Assembly: GCA_903872035.1 (NCBI GenBank)
Contig: CAIQIZ010000022.1
Span: 5,156 to 69,155, forward strand
Length of the DNA: 64,000 bases
Source of the DNA: an uncultured bacterium
GTDB taxonomy: Bacteria > Patescibacteriota > Minisyncoccia > Phycocordibacterales > PALSA-1337
Direction: 5' to 3'
In this document: in pieces, positions 59,716 to 64,000 of the stretch
How the letters are laid out: each line of letters opens with the position of its first letter
Numbering within the stretch: the first letter of the stretch is position 1
Position numbers and translations under genes: made by a program
Notes under the pieces: generated by a model
What the model saw: the letters and a program-made list of their open reading frames with translations, nothing else
Databases searched by the model: none
Told to the model about the DNA's origin: nothing

Positions 59716-60582
59716 ATGGAATACTTAATTCACATAGCAATTCTCATAAGCATCTACGCCATCCTTGGCTTATCCTTGAACTTGGTCGTAGGATTCACTG
59801 GTCTTTTAAGCATCACTCAAGCTGCCTTTTATGGTATCGGGGCCTATGTAACAGCAATTCTCCTTACATCGACTGGAATGAATTTCTTCTTGGCAATGCT
59901 GATAGGAATAGTCATAACCGCCGTCATAAGCCTAGCCATCGGTTTCGTGCTTTCCAAATTCAAGGACGACTACTACGCTCTTGGCTCATTCGGATTCAAT
60001 GTGATCATATACAGCATATTCCTCAACTGGCAGTCTCTGACACGCGGACCTCTCGGTATTCCAGGCATCCCCAGACCGTCGCTTTTCGGCTTCACCTTCT
60101 CCGAGAATCTTTGGTTTCTTGTACTTTCGGTAATCATTCTGATCATTATCTATTTCCTCTGTAAGTTCATCACCACTTCATCATTCGGCCGCGTCCTCAA
60201 AGCCATCCGTGAAGATGAGGAAGCCATCTCCGTCTTCGGCTACCGCGTTCTCTGGTACAAGTTGACTATATTCGTCATATCCGCCGGAATGGCTGCTGTG
60301 GCCGGTTCATTATTCGCCAGCTACATAACATTCATCGACCCATCGAGCTTCACTTTGACCGAGTCGATATTTATACTAGCTGTCGTCATTCTTGGTGGAC
60401 TAGCTAACAACAAAGGTGCTGTGCTCGGGGCTGTGTGTCTAATCCTATTGCCGGAGATCCTCCGCTTCGTTGGTTTTCCCGATGACATCGCTGCCCAGAT
60501 GAGGCAGGTCACTTACGGAGTTATTTTGATTCTACTCATGCTTTACCGGCCACAAGGCTTGGTGGGGGAGTACAGGTTGTAG
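59716..60582 (+). CDS. livM: Branched-chain amino acid ABC permease LivM-like
   Basis: SLNLVVGFTG, AFYGIGAY, FGRVLKAIREDE, RPQGLVG. Confidence 0.88.
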   Translation: MEYLIHIAILISIYAILGLSLNLVVGFTGLLSITQAAFYGIGAYVTAILLTSTGMNFFLAMLIGIVITAVISLAIGFVLSKFKDDYYALGSFGFNVIIYSIFLNWQSLTRGPLGIPGIPRPSLFGFTFSENLWFLVLSVIILIIIYFLCKFITTSSFGRVLKAIREDEEAISVFGYRVLWYKLTIFVISAGMAAVAGSLFASYITFIDPSSFTLTESIFILAVVILGGLANNKGAVLGAVCLILLPEILRFVGFPDDIAAQMRQVTYGVILILLMLYRPQGLVGEYRL

Positions 60583-60595
60583 GTAGGAGAAAGCA

Positions 60596-60623
60596 TTGAC
60601 AACAGACTTTGATTTGATAAACT
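60596..60623 (+). promoter_or_regulatory. Sigma70-type promoter
   Basis: TTGACA-N16-TAAACT with an extended -10 TG. Confidence 0.6.
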
Positions 60624-60629
60624 CTATTC

Positions 60630-60726
60630 GTAAGCTGCTTGCATGTCATTAGGACTAATCCTAAGGTGATGTTATCGGCTAAAGCTGGTGGCAAGCAGGC
60701 AAAAACTCCCGAGAGGGAGTTTTTGC
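60630..60726 (+). ncRNA. Unassigned small structured RNA (three-way junction) ending in an intrinsic terminator
   Basis: P1 CTGCTTGC/GCAAGCAG, P2 ATGTCA-TTAGGA/TCCTAA-TGATGT, P3 TATCGGC/GCTGGTG. Terminator GCAAAAACTCCC-gaga-GGGAGTTTTTGC. Confidence 0.55.
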
Positions 60727-60894
60727 TATCTTTGGAATACACTCAGGAAACATAGCTTACCATTATTGAATTTAACTACTATAGCAGAGAGCCATCTATG
60801 TGTTTTACCTATTGCTGTGAATCTTCTGAACTCCCAAAAATCGGCGACTGAAGACCCGATAGGATCCTTCTTATAGGAGTAATATGAACTCGAG

Positions 60895-61017
60895 CTACCA
60901 CCCACGCCTATTGAAAAATACTAGCTCATTCTTCAACGCCGGACAGGGAACGGCACCAATCGCAAAGTATTCATTCTTTGCTGCTTCAATGATGCTCCAA
61001 TAGCTGTTGTCTGCCAT
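60895..61017 (-). pseudogene. Truncated gene fragment (MADNSYWSIIEAAKNEYFAIGAVPCPALKNELVFFNRRGW)
   Basis: Hand translation. It reads like the N-terminus of a longer protein that stops abruptly. Confidence 0.35.
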
Positions 61018-61220
61018 CCGACCAATCTATCAAACTGAAATGAAGAAACGCTCAAAAAATGTTCAAAATTCGATAAAGAAAGTTTCAAGAAATTATGAAG
61101 ACACACTCATGTGTCAACGGGAACAGTGGGGGAGGAGGATATAGAAAATATTACGTCATGCTTGATTGACATGCGCAAGCTTTTTTGCTAGCTTATACAT
61201 TGAAAGGAAATGGCACAATT

Positions 61221-61463
61221 ATGAGTGAAATCGATTACCAAGCCTTGTACGAGCAGGAAAAGCGACGCCGCGAAGATGTCGAGCGCAAATACGACAATCT
61301 GGTTACTCGCGTCAAGCCGCTTCTCGATACCGTAAGTAAAATGGCTGAACCAGCGAGAATGATCGAAGAGGCTATGCAAGAGCTCGCTAGGATCCAGAGG
61401 CTCGATTCAGGCGGGCATGGTCAAACAAAACCGCTGAAGCGGGATACTAGACACGGTTGGTAG
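61221..61463 (+). CDS. Small coiled-coil hypothetical protein
   Basis: AAAGGA upstream and a terminator at 61488-61516. Confidence 0.55.
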   Translation: MSEIDYQALYEQEKRRREDVERKYDNLVTRVKPLLDTVSKMAEPARMIEEAMQELARIQRLDSGGHGQTKPLKRDTRHGW

Positions 61464-61591
61464 CAACCGCAACATTCACAGCTTACAGGCAGTTGGCCAC
61501 CGGTCAACTGCTTTTTAGTTGCGATTTTAGCTGCGTCTGCTACTATCAGTTTGAAGCACAAAACAATTCAAAACGAAAGATGAGGTAGCGA

Positions 61592-61969
61592 ATGAAAAGA
61601 ACAACGTTCATGATAAGATCTGAAGGCGATGCCGCGGATACGACACAGATTCTGAGTCTCTGTAGTACTCTTATAGCAGCCTCTGAAATGATGGAGAAAG
61701 CGCTGGATGAGAGGAACTTGGTTGGCGATGCGGATTTGAAACTCTGCTGGTCGATGACCACGAGCGACGTCGGCAAAACATGCGGCCACGGCGCTCTGAA
61801 TCTGATGACTGCAGCCGGCAGAACTGTAGCCACAGTCGACGTGTACTTCAACAGGAGTGGTCAAATGTCGCTGGATAACTTTCAATGGGAGTTTCCGGCA
61901 TCTACGCCGATCATCGCGAAAGCTGCTGACGTTTTGCAACGACGACTGACGACAAATCTTCAATCCTGA
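61592..61969 (+). CDS. Hypothetical protein
   Basis: GAGGT ribosome-binding site upstream, 125 aa. Confidence 0.55.
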   Translation: MKRTTFMIRSEGDAADTTQILSLCSTLIAASEMMEKALDERNLVGDADLKLCWSMTTSDVGKTCGHGALNLMTAAGRTVATVDVYFNRSGQMSLDNFQWEFPASTPIIAKAADVLQRRLTTNLQS

Positions 61970-61999
61970 GAGACAACGGAGTCACTAAAGAGGCTCGGA

Positions 62000-62770
62000 T
62001 TAACCCCGGGCCTTTGTTGTATCCGCCGCCAAGCTCCGATTCTTCCACATGAAGTCGAATATCTCTCTGATCGTCTTCGCTAACTCGATATTTTCAATTA
62101 TCACTATCTGGTTATTTCGGTTAAGGATGATTCGAACTACATTTGCAAATGTATCTATGGAAATAGCGGATGAATATGTGATCAATGGCAGAATTTGAAC
62201 GATCCGCTTATACAAAAGGTCGGTTTTACGAAAGTATTCTAGAGAAGGATGCTCAGGGACGAATACACGGAGAGTGACATCGTTATCCGCACAATATTTG
62301 TTGTACTCTTCGCAGACTGCGAGCAACTTTGGGGACATCCCTTCGGCTTTTGCGTAAAAGCCTATTATTTCCTTACCCACACATTCATCCATTCGATAAT
62401 AAAGCGCTTCCTTGAACGCTTTGAGGCCCTCGAAATGAAGGACGTTCATCTTATCCGGTTCAGAACTTCCTTGCGACTTTAAAGAGGGCAGCAGCTTCTT
62501 CGTTTCGATCAGGCGCTGTTCAGCATCCCGAAGAAGTACTTCCGGTAGCACAGGCTTATACAGCCTCTTTGATACACGCGGTACTCGGTGAGCGGCACCC
62601 TTATCTACCAACTCGTCAAGGATCACATACGTCGTTGGCTTCTTAAGTCCCGACTGTTCAGATACGGCATATGCCGAGCCTCTGCCAAGCCTTAATAGCG
62701 CCAAATACACTTGGGCCTGCTTGTCATTCAGGCCGATATTGTTCAGTCCAGATATGAGCTCATTTTCCAT
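62000..62770 (-). CDS. TrmB family transcriptional regulator
   Basis: GLNDKQAQVYLALL...GLKKPTTYVILDEL. Start reassigned to MENELI. Confidence 0.85.
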   Translation of the reverse strand: MENELISGLNNIGLNDKQAQVYLALLRLGRGSAYAVSEQSGLKKPTTYVILDELVDKGAAHRVPRVSKRLYKPVLPEVLLRDAEQRLIETKKLLPSLKSQGSSEPDKMNVLHFEGLKAFKEALYYRMDECVGKEIIGFYAKAEGMSPKLLAVCEEYNKYCADNDVTLRVFVPEHPSLEYFRKTDLLYKRIVQILPLITYSSAISIDTFANVVRIILNRNNQIVIIENIELAKTIREIFDFMWKNRSLAADTTKARG

Positions 62771-62934
62771 AATATGCATACTATGCGGAAATTATATGTT
62801 AGTCAATATTTTTGATGATTGATTGGTACCGCGGCTATGTATTGGCTCTAATGCAAGCTTCTGTGCCAATTGCGCATATTCAAACGCATTAACTGAATTT
62901 GTGCTGAGAGTCAAATCGAGCTATTATTACGCCT

Positions 62935-64000
62935 ATGAAAAAATATATTTGGATCGCTGTAGTCGTTGTTGTGATTATCATAATTGGTCTGTTTGTTACC
63001 TTTAATAAGTCTACGTCCACAAAGAGCATCCATCTTGGCATGATAAGCATCTTATCCGGAGAATATGCGGCTGTCGGAGAGAACTTCAGAAATGGGGCCC
63101 TGCTCGCGCAAGAACAATACAATGCCGCCCATCCTGATGCGAAGATCGCTATGACCATTGAAGACGACGGCTTCAGCGGTGGCAAAGCCGTAAGCGCTTA
63201 TCAGAAATTGGTGAGCATCGACAAGATCGATGCACTCATCAATGTCTCGACGGCATCCATTGATGCGATCTATGATTCGGTTACGAAACTGGGGATTCCT
63301 GTAGCTCAAGGCGGCGAACAAGGACGGGTACCAGCAGATGATAACGTCTTCGGAATGTTTCCCGATAGCATCACCTCAGAACGAGACTACGGTGTATATA
63401 TGCGGAATAAGGGCATAGCCAGTATGACATTGGTCTACACAAAACATGATGCGATGATACGTTTCGTCGATGCATTCAAAGAAGGTTTTCAAGGTAAGAC
63501 AACTGATATCGCCATTGATTCGGCGGAAACTGATTTCCGTACGCATGCTCTAAAAGCATCGTCTGGTAATCCTCAAGCTATCGGTCTATTTATGTTCCCT
63601 CAACCGGGAGCACAGTTCATGAAAGAGCTGATAAAGATCGAAAAGACTAAACCGACCATGTTCTTTGATACCAATTTCGTCTCTGGCTATACAGATTATC
63701 AGCGCATAATGGGTAACCTAACTGTCCTCGATGGAAGCATAGTCGGCGGTATGAAGCTCGAAGATACGCAAGCATTCAAGGACGCGTACAAAGCACGCTT
63801 TGGAATAGATGCTCCATTTCTTTCTGATATCGGCTACGACTCATTCAATTTGATCGTACAGACCTATTCGCCGGACAAGGCGACGTGGGTAAAGAATATG
63901 AAAAATGCCGATTTTCTCGGTGTGAGCGGTAAGATCAAGTTTAACCAAACGGGCAATCGTCTTCCAGATACGAAGATGATGGTCATCAAAGGAGGGAAGT
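62935..64000 (+). CDS. Second LivK-like ABC substrate-binding protein (runs off the window)
   Basis: Hand translation MKKYIWIAVVVVVIIIIG...HLGMISILSGEYAAVG...IEDDG...AYQKL. Missing from the ORF track because the window has no stop for it. Confidence 0.85.
   Translation, partial: MKKYIWIAVVVVVIIIIGLFVTFNKSTSTKSIHLGMISILSGEYAAVGENFRNGALLAQEQYNAAHPDAKIAMTIEDDGFSGGKAVSAYQKLVSIDKIDALINVSTASIDAIYDSVTKLGIPVAQGGEQGRVPADDNVFGMFPDSITSERDYGVYMRNKGIASMTLVYTKHDAMIRFVDAFKEGFQGKTTDIAIDSAETDFRTHALKASSGNPQAIGLFMFPQPGAQFMKELIKIEKTKPTMFFDTNFVSGYTDYQRIMGNLTVLDGSIVGGMKLEDTQAFKDAYKARFGIDAPFLSDIGYDSFNLIVQTYSPDKATWVKNMKNADFLGVSGKIKFNQTGNRLPDTKMMVIKGGK

Noticed and set aside
157-63321. Numerous 60-180 aa antisense or alternate-frame ORFs overlapping long genes
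   Set aside because: They are shadow ORFs of recognised genes, with no motifs or independent expression signals.
1-64000. tRNA, rRNA, tmRNA, RNase P, SRP genes and CRISPR arrays
   Set aside because: No cloverleaf/T-loop, rRNA or other signature motifs and no repeat-spacer array were found by eye. A covariance search could still find something missed.

Overview
This 64 kb window looks like chromosomal DNA from a small-genome bacterium, most likely Patescibacteria/Parcubacteria (CPR). That is an inference from the gene content, the short AlaRS and uL13, the domain-inserted LeuRS and CPR-type hypothetical proteins. Almost all housekeeping genes are on the + strand: ychF, leuS, mltG, mnmA, alaS, infA-rpmJ-rpsM-rpsK-rpsD-rpoA-rplQ-rplM-rpsI, grpE, dnaK, dnaJ, an RND pair, trpS, scpA/scpB, ftsW, murG, gltX, an M23 peptidase and two TrmB plus LivK-type modules. 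The first ~12 kb is accessory. It holds an IS-truncated radical SAM/SPASM gene, a DDE insertion sequence, HEXXH peptidases and a leader-peptide/terminator-controlled GNAT. The top candidate novel system is also there: a FeeM/LuxI-fold acyl synthase plus a SAM methyltransferase between two multi-TM histidine kinases, where only the sensor halves and the two enzymes are AT-rich, resembling a swappable signal-synthase/receptor cassette. Non-coding signals include a 6S-like rod RNA, an unassigned three-way-junction small RNA with its own promoter and terminator, many apparently leaderless genes, and two dispersed repeat families that also sit in frame inside essential proteins. All calls come from reading the sequence by eye. 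No database searches were run.
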